IMG/VR virus record: IMGVR_UViG_3300042261_001452
Coordinates: 1-64,000 of that record
Reading direction: 5' to 3' (one strand)
Source: a virus
Length of the DNA stretch: 64,000 bases
A program made the translations under genes and the position numbers. Of this stretch, positions 19,300 through 29,010 are shown in pieces. The notes beneath the pieces are model-generated. The model made no database searches. It saw nothing but the letters and a program-made list of their open reading frames with translations, and was not told the origin of the DNA. Positions within the stretch are counted from its first letter, which is position 1. Each line of letters begins with the position of its first letter.

Positions 19300-20766
19300 T
19301 TATTGTAGTTTTAACACTCTTTCATAAACTTTATCTGCTGCTTTCGCCCATGTATATTCAGATCTAATTATATTAGTTAATTTTTCTCCTTTGAGAGTGG
19401 CTTCTTCTCTATTTTCATAGACATATCTCATATGTTTTCTAGTTTGTTTTATTGCATCTGGTCCAAAGTTAGGGAATAATTGATCTTCATAAAATCCACA
19501 ATGACAAGCTAATCTTCTTAAATGGCCATTAGTAGAAACTTTTACAAACCCTTCTGGCTCAACTAGAAATGAATTATCATTAGTTAAAAAGTCAGTATGG
19601 GCAGTACAATTAGTCGCAATTACTGGTAGGCCACAAGATGCTGCTTCTACAACACCTAAAGAGAAGCCTTCGCCTCTAGACATTAATACGAAAGACTGGC
19701 AAGAGTTATATACTTTTGGCATATCTTTTTCAGGTATTATTTTATCATATAAAGAAACATGTGGCAGAGCATCATCTGATTTATCTACTCCTCCACGAAT
19801 AAATTCAAAATCCTTATATATTCTTTCTTTATCTGGGTCTACTTCATTTCTACTAACCATTAATAAAGTCACATCATCTTTACTATCAAATTCTTCTAGA
19901 TAGGCTCTAAGAAGAATATCAAATCCTTTTCTATATCCCCATTTAAATACACTTAGAAAAGTAAAACTATTTCTATCTATTCCGAAGTTATAAGAGGTAT
20001 TATTTTTCTTATATCTTTCCGCATCTACTCCTAGTGGCATGACATAAATAGGAGGTCTAATTTTATTTTTTAGAAACTGATTTTTACCATAATTAGTTGG
20101 AACCCATATTTCATCAAACAGATTAAGTTTTTCTATATAATCTTTATGTAAGGTCTCTGATGTTTCCATCATTGTGTAGAGAATCTTTTTACCGGCATGA
20201 TACATACTTATGGGGACTGTAGCTCCGAAGACTTTTGGGGCATCCGGTCTTAATATTATTCTTTCCATTCTTTTTAGTTCATTCAGAGTAGTTTCGCTGA
20301 CTTCTATAGTTGATTTCTGAATATCTGGCTTTATATCTATGGCTCTATTAGCTAGTTCAAATAACATTGCTCTATTCATTCTAGAAAATCCAGAATAAGA
20401 GGTAAAATGCCCGTACCAATAAAGCTGAGGATGTTTATTTACTAAAATTGTTTCTGGGTCCATTATTTCTACTCCGTATTTATTTATTTCTTGTTCTGTT
20501 AATTCTTCTTGGTTATTTCTATCTTCTTTATGGTGATAAACAGTAGCTCTTTTCTCTACTAAGTCATTATCTTGTTCTTGTTCTAATGTAGGATCATCTA
20601 AGAGCATTCTTTCCCATTGGGCAATAAAATCTGGAGAGTTATTAATTCTTTCCAGATCTTTTTGGCGCTTTTTTTCCGCTTGTTTTTGAAATTCTTCGGC
20701 ATATTTCGATTTTATAATGCGTAAAGAAGCTAGCTCATAAGCTGATTTTAATTCTTTGTTATCCAT
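19300..20766 (-). CDS. glycosyltransferase family 4 (GT-B)
   Basis: RKGFDILL and SRGEGFSLGVVEAASCGLPVIAT (E-x7-E). Confidence 0.9.
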   Translation of the reverse strand: MDNKELKSAYELASLRIIKSKYAEEFQKQAEKKRQKDLERINNSPDFIAQWERMLLDDPTLEQEQDNDLVEKRATVYHHKEDRNNQEELTEQEINKYGVEIMDPETILVNKHPQLYWYGHFTSYSGFSRMNRAMLFELANRAIDIKPDIQKSTIEVSETTLNELKRMERIILRPDAPKVFGATVPISMYHAGKKILYTMMETSETLHKDYIEKLNLFDEIWVPTNYGKNQFLKNKIRPPIYVMPLGVDAERYKKNNTSYNFGIDRNSFTFLSVFKWGYRKGFDILLRAYLEEFDSKDDVTLLMVSRNEVDPDKERIYKDFEFIRGGVDKSDDALPHVSLYDKIIPEKDMPKVYNSCQSFVLMSRGEGFSLGVVEAASCGLPVIATNCTAHTDFLTNDNSFLVEPEGFVKVSTNGHLRRLACHCGFYEDQLFPNFGPDAIKQTRKHMRYVYENREEATLKGEKLTNIIRSEYTWAKAADKVYERVLKLQ

Positions 20767-20791
20767 AATCGTTTATATTATACATTTTGCA

Positions 20792-20816
20792 AGGAAAGAT
20801 AAAAAAATATGTAGAA
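20792..20816 (+). promoter_or_regulatory. AGGA-N18-GAA promoter, 9 nt before ATG
   Basis: Orientation follows plus-strand gene. Confidence 0.6.
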
Positions 20817-20825
20817 TTAATATAC

Positions 20826-21311
20826 ATGGCAACTTCATCTAATATATCAACATTAAATTCCCAAGTAGTAGTTTTAGCTCCATCTTCGATTGTATTAAAT
20901 GGAGATGATATTGATAATGTTCTTAATTTATCCAAAATAAATAATATCGATTTTGGGCCATTATCTCCGGGAGAAACTTCTTCTACTGCTATAATGTATT
21001 TAAATATAGCAAATGCAACTCAGATTGGCAATATTTCTATTGGATTAACAAATATAGGTTCATTAACTTTTTCTGAATGCACTTTTGGAGTAGACACATT
21101 AGACTACTTGGATTATAATTATGTCCCTCAAAATTTATTCTTAGGTATTAATTCTTCTAGAGATCCAGTTAGTTTTTATAATATATCAGTTCCAAATAGT
21201 AAATTAAATACTAGTCAATATGTTTATTTAAATATTAAAGTAACAAATAGAATTAAATTTAAAGTTGCTGGAACAGTAAGATATAAATGGTTCTTTAATT
21301 ATGGGATATAG
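20826..21311 (+). CDS. beta-rich hypothetical structural protein
   Basis: ATG at 20826, 9 nt after promoter GAA; IDFGPLSPG motif. Confidence 0.55.
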   Translation: MATSSNISTLNSQVVVLAPSSIVLNGDDIDNVLNLSKINNIDFGPLSPGETSSTAIMYLNIANATQIGNISIGLTNIGSLTFSECTFGVDTLDYLDYNYVPQNLFLGINSSRDPVSFYNISVPNSKLNTSQYVYLNIKVTNRIKFKVAGTVRYKWFFNYGI

Positions 21312-21314
21312 CCA

Positions 21315-22904
21315 TTATTTAATTCTAATATTTGTATCTTCTTTCTCTTTGACAATAGTCTCTTTTTCTTCGACATATTTGAAACTAGGTAAATAACGAT
21401 AATAGACTTCTAGCATTAAGGCACATAGGCAAGTGTCTTGAACTGTTCCACCAGTATGCTCTCCACTTGATGGGCTTTTCCAGTAACCTATATCTACTTT
21501 TTTCCCATCTATATCTTCGATAGCATCCTTTTCAATAATTTGTGTTTTACATAATTCTGGAGAAAATTGCTTATTCCATGCTATAAAAGAATCTGCATTA
21601 TGTTGAAACTTAGCCTGCGTTATATAATACCAATAATATAATGGACTATTTCCATTATAAGGTTGATTATTATAATTGGCAAAGCTAAAGGTACAAGCTT
21701 CTAGGAATTTCATAGTCTTTTTAACCTCAGATGCCTGTGGATTTCCTAAGATTTGAAGACAAAGCACTCCTGCTCCACTTAATCCAGTTTTTCCTTGCTC
21801 TATATATCCAAATCCACCATCTGCACTAGCATTTAATTTGAATCCTGCAATTGCTTTTTTAATTGCAGGATCTAATCCCGGTAAATCATATTCAAATTGT
21901 GCTATATTTGCAGCTTTCAAAGCCTGACAGCACCACCCCATATAGGAAGTATCATCTCTATCGCTTGGAATTAATTTATAACCAAAGTTACCATTAGCAT
22001 TTTGACCCTTAATTATTTCCGAGACAGCTTTAATAGCAGCTTGTTTGATATCTGGATGCTGAATTAGGCTATAGGCTTCACAAAGGGCATACGCTGCAAT
22101 AGGCTGAGAATAATCATTTCCATCTTTGCCATTAAAATGTCCATTGGCATTTTGATTAGTTATTAGCCATTCAATAGCCTTTTTAACAGTTAGGCCAAAT
22201 TCTTTAGAAGTAGCTGGAATTTCGCCATGAGCCAAGAACGTTAATAAAGCTAAGGCTGTCATTGCTGGTGGAGCATTTTGTTTATCTCCTTTCCAAGAGC
22301 CATCTGACTGTTGTTCCTTTTTAAGCCATCTTAATGCTTTTAAAACTGCTTCTTCTGTTGATGTACTGCTAGCTCCTCCATTGCCTCCCCATTTTTTTAA
22401 CGCTCCATTTCTTCCACTTGATGTTCTACTATGATTTAACCCTTTTAAGACTAGTCTGGATTTTACCGTAATATCAATTTCAAATCCTTTGTTTAGATTG
22501 TCAGAGCTACTAGTTCCTATTCCTGTTCCTTCTGTTAAATCTCCCGCTCCCCCTATAGGTTGGTCTGTGGGGGTAAGAGAAAAACCACCAGATTCTTCTT
22601 GGGATATTTCTTTTATTTCTTCTTGTTTTTGTTGAATTGGTTTTTCTATTGGAATATCCTTATCTAAGTCTTCTGGCTTGGCATTTGCAACAATTTCAAC
22701 AGGATTAGTATCTACATAATTGCTAGAAGAGCTTGTGGCAAAGGTAACTAATACGCCAATAGCTATAACATGGAATACTAATGATCCTGCTGGACCCCAT
22801 AGATGGATTAGAAATTGCCTCCAATGTTTCCTTATATTGTTGAAAAAACTCAGTTTTGGTTCTTCCCATGAAGCCCTTCCACTTTCTAGATCGAAATTTT
22901 TCAT
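21315..22904 (-). CDS. membrane-anchored prenyltransferase/squalene-oxidase-repeat (alpha/alpha barrel) protein
   Basis: N-terminal TM (GSLVFHVIAIGVL), ALRWLKKEQQSDGSW and similar repeats, C-terminal LEVYYRYLP. Confidence 0.8.
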   Translation of the reverse strand: MKNFDLESGRASWEEPKLSFFNNIRKHWRQFLIHLWGPAGSLVFHVIAIGVLVTFATSSSSNYVDTNPVEIVANAKPEDLDKDIPIEKPIQQKQEEIKEISQEESGGFSLTPTDQPIGGAGDLTEGTGIGTSSSDNLNKGFEIDITVKSRLVLKGLNHSRTSSGRNGALKKWGGNGGASSTSTEEAVLKALRWLKKEQQSDGSWKGDKQNAPPAMTALALLTFLAHGEIPATSKEFGLTVKKAIEWLITNQNANGHFNGKDGNDYSQPIAAYALCEAYSLIQHPDIKQAAIKAVSEIIKGQNANGNFGYKLIPSDRDDTSYMGWCCQALKAANIAQFEYDLPGLDPAIKKAIAGFKLNASADGGFGYIEQGKTGLSGAGVLCLQILGNPQASEVKKTMKFLEACTFSFANYNNQPYNGNSPLYYWYYITQAKFQHNADSFIAWNKQFSPELCKTQIIEKDAIEDIDGKKVDIGYWKSPSSGEHTGGTVQDTCLCALMLEVYYRYLPSFKYVEEKETIVKEKEDTNIRIK

Positions 22905-22976
22905 GATTTTCTCCTCCTAATTGCCATTATATCACAAAATAGAAGAATATCTTGAAAAAAAATTATTATGAAATAA

Positions 22977-23441
22977 TTATTTTAGAAGTACTTTTCTAAA
23001 TTTGCAAAACTCATCTAAATGTTCAACTTCATCGCCAAGAATTTTTTCAATTAACATTTCGGTTGCTCTATCATTAGCTTGTTCGCACAAATCTAGGATT
23101 TCAGTATATAATTTTATTGCTTTTTTCTCAGCAAGAATATCTTGTTTTAAAGCTTCGTCAATATCTGAGGTAAAGGGAGCTAATGGTTCAATTTCCGTAG
23201 TTGGAGTACCACCCAATGAGCAAATTCTCATACAAAGAGAATGAGCATGCCCATTTTCTTCATCCATATGGGCCTTAAAATGTTCAATTGTATCTACGAA
23301 TTTCCCTTTGACATTATTATAATGTTGTTGATATTGCATTGAAGCTTGATATTCGGAGGCTAGGGCTTTATTTAAGAGGTCAACTAGATCAGTATTATTA
23401 GTATCATCATCAAAAAGCTTATTTGAATTGGTAAGTGACAT
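22977..23441 (-). CDS. ferritin/bacterioferritin-like di-iron protein
   Basis: ASEYQA..Y, EENGH, AEKKAIKLY, DEVEH ferroxidase pattern. Confidence 0.85.
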   Translation of the reverse strand: MSLTNSNKLFDDDTNNTDLVDLLNKALASEYQASMQYQQHYNNVKGKFVDTIEHFKAHMDEENGHAHSLCMRICSLGGTPTTEIEPLAPFTSDIDEALKQDILAEKKAIKLYTEILDLCEQANDRATEMLIEKILGDEVEHLDEFCKFRKVLLK

Positions 23442-23450
23442 TTATATCTC

Positions 23451-24215
23451 CTATCTTATTGAATTTGAAATTCTTATTACGTCATCTGCATATTCTAGTG
23501 AATGTTCAGATTTCCAACCATTTGGCCCACCACCTTGATGCATTGCAATAAGTTGTCTTAAGGTAGGTGCCTTGCCAGTATCTTCCATAAATTCTCTTAC
23601 CCATTTTGTAAGATATGCTCTAACAACTTTTTTTGCAATATTTGAATTGTGGCGTACTTGATTTACAGTATATTTGGCATTCATTTCTTTATTAGCATCT
23701 GTCAAATAACTTTGTTGTATTTGATAATCGCCATAAGACCATTTCTTATTTATATCTAATTTTTTAATTCCCTTTTTACCAGTAGTTTCTTTATATGCAA
23801 TTGCCGAAAGAATTTTATCGCTAAGTAATTCATTTATAACTTCTTTGGCAGAGGAATATTCTTTTGCAGATAGCGTAGCTTTAGGGCTTTGTTGAGTTGG
23901 AACTTGTTCTTTAGGCTGAAGTTTATTAGAAAGCCAACTATCCGGGATTTCAGGAACATTAAATGAGTTATCTGGAGTACGATTATATGCAAGATAGTTT
24001 TTTTCTGCTTCTGATAGATTATTCATTTTTCTTTGAATATCTTCTTTTTTAACATTCATTTTCTGAGCGGCTTCAAGGGGGGAATAGCCCATCATTACTA
24101 AAAGAATTGCAGATAAGATAGCTTTGCTCCAATCTCCACCCCCTTCTTTATACCAATCATCACAACTGGCGAGTATGAGATCATCAATTAGTTTATCTGA
24201 CTTAATATTATGCAT
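23451..24215 (-). CDS. protein with C-terminal lysozyme-like domain
   Basis: AIAYKET..SYGDYQIQQSYLTDAN..HQGGGPNG. Confidence 0.65.
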   Translation of the reverse strand: MHNIKSDKLIDDLILASCDDWYKEGGGDWSKAILSAILLVMMGYSPLEAAQKMNVKKEDIQRKMNNLSEAEKNYLAYNRTPDNSFNVPEIPDSWLSNKLQPKEQVPTQQSPKATLSAKEYSSAKEVINELLSDKILSAIAYKETTGKKGIKKLDINKKWSYGDYQIQQSYLTDANKEMNAKYTVNQVRHNSNIAKKVVRAYLTKWVREFMEDTGKAPTLRQLIAMHQGGGPNGWKSEHSLEYADDVIRISNSIR

Positions 24216-24310
24216 ATTTTATATTTCTTTTTTTAAAAAATATATCCCTTCTTATATTGGGTAGGATTTTTTATAATATTCGTAGAAAAAGATATAAAGG
24301 AGAAAAAAAT

Positions 24311-24682
24311 ATGAAACTTACATTTTCTAAGAAAGAATGGGACTCTTTAGGTGCTTCCAAGATAAAACTAGCTCAAAAAACAGAACAAAAGACAGAACAA
24401 AAGACTGAGAAACAACAACCTCAATTACAGCAAGTTGGTAATACTTATTATGCCAATTATAAACTAGAGAAAGAGACTGGAGATACTGTCATTACGGTAA
24501 CTGATGAGGTTGGTAGAATTTTTGCAAGTGTAAGAACTGGCCCTGATGCTAGAGAAAATGCAAGAGATATTATCAGTGATTATGAAATGATGAGAAACAT
24601 AGATGACTTATTTGGCCTAAAACATTTCCTAGTTCGTTTTGGCATAATTAGAAGAAAAGATCAGCTCGTCAAGGCAAAATGA
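24311..24682 (+). CDS. hypothetical with KLTFSKKEW leader and KTEQ repeats
   Basis: AAGGAG RBS before ATG 24311; MKLTFSKKEWDSLG..KLAQ. Confidence 0.6.
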   Translation: MKLTFSKKEWDSLGASKIKLAQKTEQKTEQKTEKQQPQLQQVGNTYYANYKLEKETGDTVITVTDEVGRIFASVRTGPDARENARDIISDYEMMRNIDDLFGLKHFLVRFGIIRRKDQLVKAK

Positions 24683-25383
24683 AAATCTTTAAAATATCTC
24701 AAAAAGTAACTGAAAAACTATTTGACCTTTATGATGTAGTATGGAATGCTAATTCTATCGAAGAACTTAAAAATGAATTAGTTAAAAATAATATTAATTT
24801 TAATGAGTTAAATCTTAAAGGAAATATTGTGCTTACTATTAATCATAATGGTAAGAAACAAGTTATTGATGATAGTCTAAATATAAAAGAAGCAACTGAA
24901 TGGATTTGGAGCATTTTAGATCATCAGTTAGATCAATATATTGGAGAAGATAACGAAGATTTTAATGAAAAATTTTGGAAAAATGTTTGTACGCCATATG
25001 GCAATAATGAACTATATCATGCTACTCGCAGTAAAAATGTTGACGAAATAAAGGCTCGTGGATTATTAAAGATGAATAAGTCCAGAGGAATTAATAATAA
25101 ATCAACAGGAAATGCTGTTTTTACAAGTTTAACAGATACAGATATTGATTCTTATGGAGAAATTATTATTAAAATAGATATGTGCCAAATGAAGAAAGAT
25201 GGATACATGCCTGAAGTTAGTATGGAAAAACCAATTGAAGAGGCAAATTTAAGAAATCAGTTAGCATGGAAAATAGGAATAAAAGAATTTAATGCAATTG
25301 ATGAATATTCTTCTGAGGGATTATTTGAAACAACTGTTGTTATTTATGGAAATATACCTCCAAAATATCTTTATTTTGCATAA
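24679..25383 (+). CDS. ADP-ribosyltransferase/Tpt1-like protein
   Basis: LYHAT...I...GL...AVFTS...YG.IIIKID...GNIPPKYL. Confidence 0.65.
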   Translation: MKIFKISQKVTEKLFDLYDVVWNANSIEELKNELVKNNINFNELNLKGNIVLTINHNGKKQVIDDSLNIKEATEWIWSILDHQLDQYIGEDNEDFNEKFWKNVCTPYGNNELYHATRSKNVDEIKARGLLKMNKSRGINNKSTGNAVFTSLTDTDIDSYGEIIIKIDMCQMKKDGYMPEVSMEKPIEEANLRNQLAWKIGIKEFNAIDEYSSEGLFETTVVIYGNIPPKYLYFA

Positions 25384-25384
25384 T

Positions 25385-26029
25385 TTAGATATTAATTCTT
25401 ATTCCGCTTTTCCAACCATTATAGGCACTATTCTTATCTATTACCATCACAACTTTTTCATTAAAGTCATATTTTTTAATCTTCTTTCTTCCCCACTTCC
25501 CATATGTCTCATCAGTTAATTGGAAAAAAGCCTTCCCATTTTTATTAACAAATAATCTTACCCCGCCATGATCTAAAACTAGTTTAATTAATTTGTTTGG
25601 ATGGGAAGATAAATTCGCATGCATCGCAAAAGTATCAATGTCTAAAAGAGAAATAAATAAGTCCATATTCTTCTTTGCAATAGTACAATGATTAGGCCCA
25701 CTAACTAAGATGCCTTTTGAAACTATCCAATAATTGCCTAATAACTTTTCAGATTTTACTTCCTTATTTACCTCTCCTATAATATCTTGTCCAGTAATCT
25801 TTTTCCATAAAAATCTAATGTTTTCAGCAATTATCTTTAATTCTCCCAAAGATAAATCATTTTCTACCTGCCTTGGAGTAGGTAAATTATAAATAAGCTT
25901 TCTTAATTGCTCTTCTCCCACTTTATAACTCTTGGAATATAACTTAAGAGATTCAACGTAGGCTGCTAAATCTTTTGCAGATGGCATCTCCCCATTCTTT
26001 ATCGCAGCTAAACTTATTATATTATTCAC
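25385..26029 (-). CDS. hypothetical protein
   Basis: GNYWI..G..H..GGVRL resembles the repeats of 12329..13417. Confidence 0.55.
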   Translation of the reverse strand: MNNIISLAAIKNGEMPSAKDLAAYVESLKLYSKSYKVGEEQLRKLIYNLPTPRQVENDLSLGELKIIAENIRFLWKKITGQDIIGEVNKEVKSEKLLGNYWIVSKGILVSGPNHCTIAKKNMDLFISLLDIDTFAMHANLSSHPNKLIKLVLDHGGVRLFVNKNGKAFFQLTDETYGKWGRKKIKKYDFNEKVVMVIDKNSAYNGWKSGIRINI

Positions 26030-28025
26030 TAATATTCTCCAATAATTTAGGCTTTATTATTCTCTCCTTTGGAATCATATCAATTACCTTTTGATAATTC
26101 TCAGGTGATAAATGATACACCCTAGAGGCAACCTCTTTAATAACTTCATCTTTTGTTCCAGTTTCTAACATTAAAAGTAATCCCAAAACAGATGCATTCA
26201 ATATTATATCAAAGAAATTCTCTTCGGCCTTATTAAATAATATCAGTAACGTTTTATTGTTTCTAAGCTTTGGATTTATCAATAATATTTTAAAAAGAAA
26301 TAAAGCCATATTCTTTACTACATCCTCATCAGCTTCGTAATTTTCTAATAGATCTTCTACTATTGTTAAAGCTTCTATTTCTTTATTCTCTTTTAACAGT
26401 GTTTTAATAGTAAATATCTTTTTGTTTAATAAATGCTTAGAACAAATGGTTCCCGAAGGTTTTCTTTTCTTTGTCTGAGCGGTTTTGAATTTACCAAATT
26501 TATCTTTAAGCAATAAAATAGCTTCTTCTTTAGTGATATCTGGATTATCATCTTTTAAACCTTTTACAAACTCTGTAATTTCATTCATGTGTGGACCGGG
26601 CTTAATATTAAGAGCTTGCATGATCTCATTTCCATTAAGAATAGGCGCAACCTTTTCCTTACTACCAATTGATAAAGAACTTACAGCAGACTCTAATTGT
26701 TGTTTTAAATTATTATATTCCGCTATTGTATCCTCACTAACGGTTTTATCTTTAGAATATGCATCAGCAGTAGAAAGATTTAAAATATCCATCCATTGAA
26801 GAGAGGCTTCTCCCATATTTCTAATAAATTTTCTAAATGCCTTAGCTCCACTATCGTCCCTTGTAAAGGAATGAAGCTTCATATGATTCTTAACTATATC
26901 AGAAACTTCTTTTATATAAGGATCTAATTTTAAAAACTTTAATATATGCTTAACAATTTCTGCACTCTCATCTTCATGTCCAATATAACTCGTATATCCT
27001 TTTTCATGCCCCGGATATTTATCTGTTCCAATCCTTTTTGTTTGTATTTCTGAATATAATTTCCCTATATCATGAGTTAAAGCCGCTAATATCATTACCA
27101 CTCTTCTCTCTCCCTCATATTCAGGATGATTTTTTAATAGATTATTAATTACTTGAAAGGTATGTCCCCATAAAGATAGCTTATGATTAGGATTATTTTG
27201 ATCCATATCTAAATCAGCCATTTTGCCTTCATATTTAGTTCCAACTAAAGATTCTTTCAATAGCTCTTGAAGCAATCCAGTATCTTTAAGGAGAGATATA
27301 CCTATTTCTGAATTTGGATTTTTAAATATCTTTTGTAGCTCTTGCCCAATTCTTTCTTTAGATATTTTCTTTTTAATATCTTCTATTAATTCAGGATTCT
27401 TCATGGCTTCATATGTTTCAGAATGAATTGTAAAGCCAAGTTGAGAGGCAAATCTTATACATCTAAATATTCTTAATGGATCTTCCTTAAATGTCATTAA
27501 TGGATCTAATGGAGTCCTGACAGTCTTTGCTATAATATCTTTTATGCCTTTCCCCGTAAAGTCTTCTACTAAATTAGTATTTAAGTTATAAAAAAGAGAA
27601 TTCATTGTAAAATCTCTTCTTAAAGCATCTTCTTCTGGAGTTGCTGCCATAACCTCTGGAACTCTAGAATCATCCTTATAAATCTCTGTTCTCGCTTGAG
27701 CAAAATCTACTTCAATAACTTTTCCACTAGAAGGCAATGGAATATAGGCTTTAGCTGTTGTAATATTTTTTGACTTCTCTGGATTAGATTTAATAATATG
27801 AGCAGGATTAGCTGATAAATAATTACTAACTAGATTGGCTATTTGTTCTCCACTTAAATTATCTACCATAATATCAATGTCAGAAGCTTCTTTCCCTAAA
27901 AGCTTATTTCGTATCCATCCTCCAGCAATTCTTAAAGTAGTATTAGGAGCTTTTTCTCTAATAATTGTTTTTAGAATATTAAAAAGCTCTTTTTCTTCTG
28001 AGGTGATATTGATATTTGAATTCAT
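26022..28025 (-). CDS. CCA-adding tRNA nucleotidyltransferase / poly(A) polymerase with HD domain
   Basis: AGGWIR, DID, RRDFTMN, EDPLR, HDIGK; extra domain after FKTAQ. Confidence 0.9.
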   Translation of the reverse strand: MNSNINITSEEKELFNILKTIIREKAPNTTLRIAGGWIRNKLLGKEASDIDIMVDNLSGEQIANLVSNYLSANPAHIIKSNPEKSKNITTAKAYIPLPSSGKVIEVDFAQARTEIYKDDSRVPEVMAATPEEDALRRDFTMNSLFYNLNTNLVEDFTGKGIKDIIAKTVRTPLDPLMTFKEDPLRIFRCIRFASQLGFTIHSETYEAMKNPELIEDIKKKISKERIGQELQKIFKNPNSEIGISLLKDTGLLQELLKESLVGTKYEGKMADLDMDQNNPNHKLSLWGHTFQVINNLLKNHPEYEGERRVVMILAALTHDIGKLYSEIQTKRIGTDKYPGHEKGYTSYIGHEDESAEIVKHILKFLKLDPYIKEVSDIVKNHMKLHSFTRDDSGAKAFRKFIRNMGEASLQWMDILNLSTADAYSKDKTVSEDTIAEYNNLKQQLESAVSSLSIGSKEKVAPILNGNEIMQALNIKPGPHMNEITEFVKGLKDDNPDITKEEAILLLKDKFGKFKTAQTKKRKPSGTICSKHLLNKKIFTIKTLLKENKEIEALTIVEDLLENYEADEDVVKNMALFLFKILLINPKLRNNKTLLILFNKAEENFFDIILNASVLGLLLMLETGTKDEVIKEVASRVYHLSPENYQKVIDMIPKERIIKPKLLENISE

Positions 28026-28031
28026 ATTCTT

Positions 28032-28409
28032 TTAGAATTTTATTGGCGAATTAGATAAAGCAAAATCCGCTAAATCATCGGGAATAACTTTCGGTTTATG
28101 AGGAGAACAATCTTTCCACCCACGCCAAAAAGCTCTCCCAATTGGAAACTTCTTTATCTCGGGATTCAGCATCATCCATTCTCCTTTTATATGTTCTTCT
28201 TTTGATTCCCAACCACGAAAATATGCATCTTCAATTTTTTGTTTAAAATTAGGATCATTTTTATCAATCTTAGAAGTAACAGATTGTTCTTTTTTTTGTT
28301 TAAAATTAGGATCATTTTTATCAGTCTTAGAAGTAACAGATTGTTCTTTGAACCAACCTGCCTTTTTACCCATTTCTTCCCACTGACTCTTACTTAGCTT
28401 TATTTTCAT
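28032..28409 (-). CDS. small protein with KLSKSQW..GW leader
   Basis: MKIKLSKSQWEEMGKKAGW; AYFRGW / AFWRGW. Confidence 0.65.
   Translation of the reverse strand: MKIKLSKSQWEEMGKKAGWFKEQSVTSKTDKNDPNFKQKKEQSVTSKIDKNDPNFKQKIEDAYFRGWESKEEHIKGEWMMLNPEIKKFPIGRAFWRGWKDCSPHKPKVIPDDLADFALSNSPIKF
28235..28348 (-). repeat. 57-bp tandem duplication
   Basis: KEQSVTSKxDKNDPNFKQK twice. Confidence 0.8.
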
Positions 28410-28621
28410 ATCTTCTCTTCCTTTTTAATTTGTCTTATTTGAATTTTACCACCACAGTTTTTACATTTTTTAAATCCATATTGATCTTTAATTACTTTAG
28501 GATTTACTTCTCCGCAATATTGACAATATCTTTCTATATTCTTCTTTAGAAAGTCTTTCAATAATTCACTGGGAGACGTTTCCTCTTCTTGATTATCTTG
28601 CGATATTCTAAATATTCTCAT
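28406..28621 (-). CDS. small zinc-ribbon protein
   Basis: Start MRIFRISQ; CQYC...CKNC. Confidence 0.6.
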   Translation of the reverse strand: MRIFRISQDNQEEETSPSELLKDFLKKNIERYCQYCGEVNPKVIKDQYGFKKCKNCGGKIQIRQIKKEEKI

Positions 28622-28680
28622 ATAAAATAATTCAAGAAACATTATTTTATTCCTTTAGTTTTATCGCTATTGGCAAATTT

Positions 28681-28893
28681 TTATTCGATAATTGGAATCG
28701 CTGGAGTTAGACCATCTTTAAAATTTTTGTTTAAATGTATTTCTAACATTTTTTCTTTTATGACTTTAGCATTTTGACCGATATAAAACCAATAGATAAG
28801 AGTTAATCTTTTAGGATTTTCACCACATTGATTAACATAACTGGATGATTTGGTTAATTCATCAGATGTAATGCTAACTATTGGAGGTATCAT
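28681..28893 (-). CDS. hypothetical protein
   Basis: 70 aa with GAGGAG RBS. Confidence 0.5.
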   Translation of the reverse strand: MIPPIVSITSDELTKSSSYVNQCGENPKRLTLIYWFYIGQNAKVIKEKMLEIHLNKNFKDGLTPAIPIIE

Positions 28894-28960
28894 ATTTTAC
28901 TCCTCAAATGTGGATAAAGATAGATGTTCCTATTTCTTTCAAAAAATAGAAAAACAAAAA

Positions 28961-28980
28961 AGAGGGTTTTTCAACCCTCT
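28961..28980 (-). terminator. intrinsic terminator after capsid gene
   Basis: agagggtt-tttc-aaccctct hairpin plus T-run on minus strand. Confidence 0.75.
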
Positions 28981-29010
28981 TCCTTGTTTAATTTGAAACT
29001 TTATTCAATC

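Noticed and set aside
21315-22904. Squalene-hopene cyclase
   Set aside because: No DXDD motif and only a single barrel behind a TM anchor
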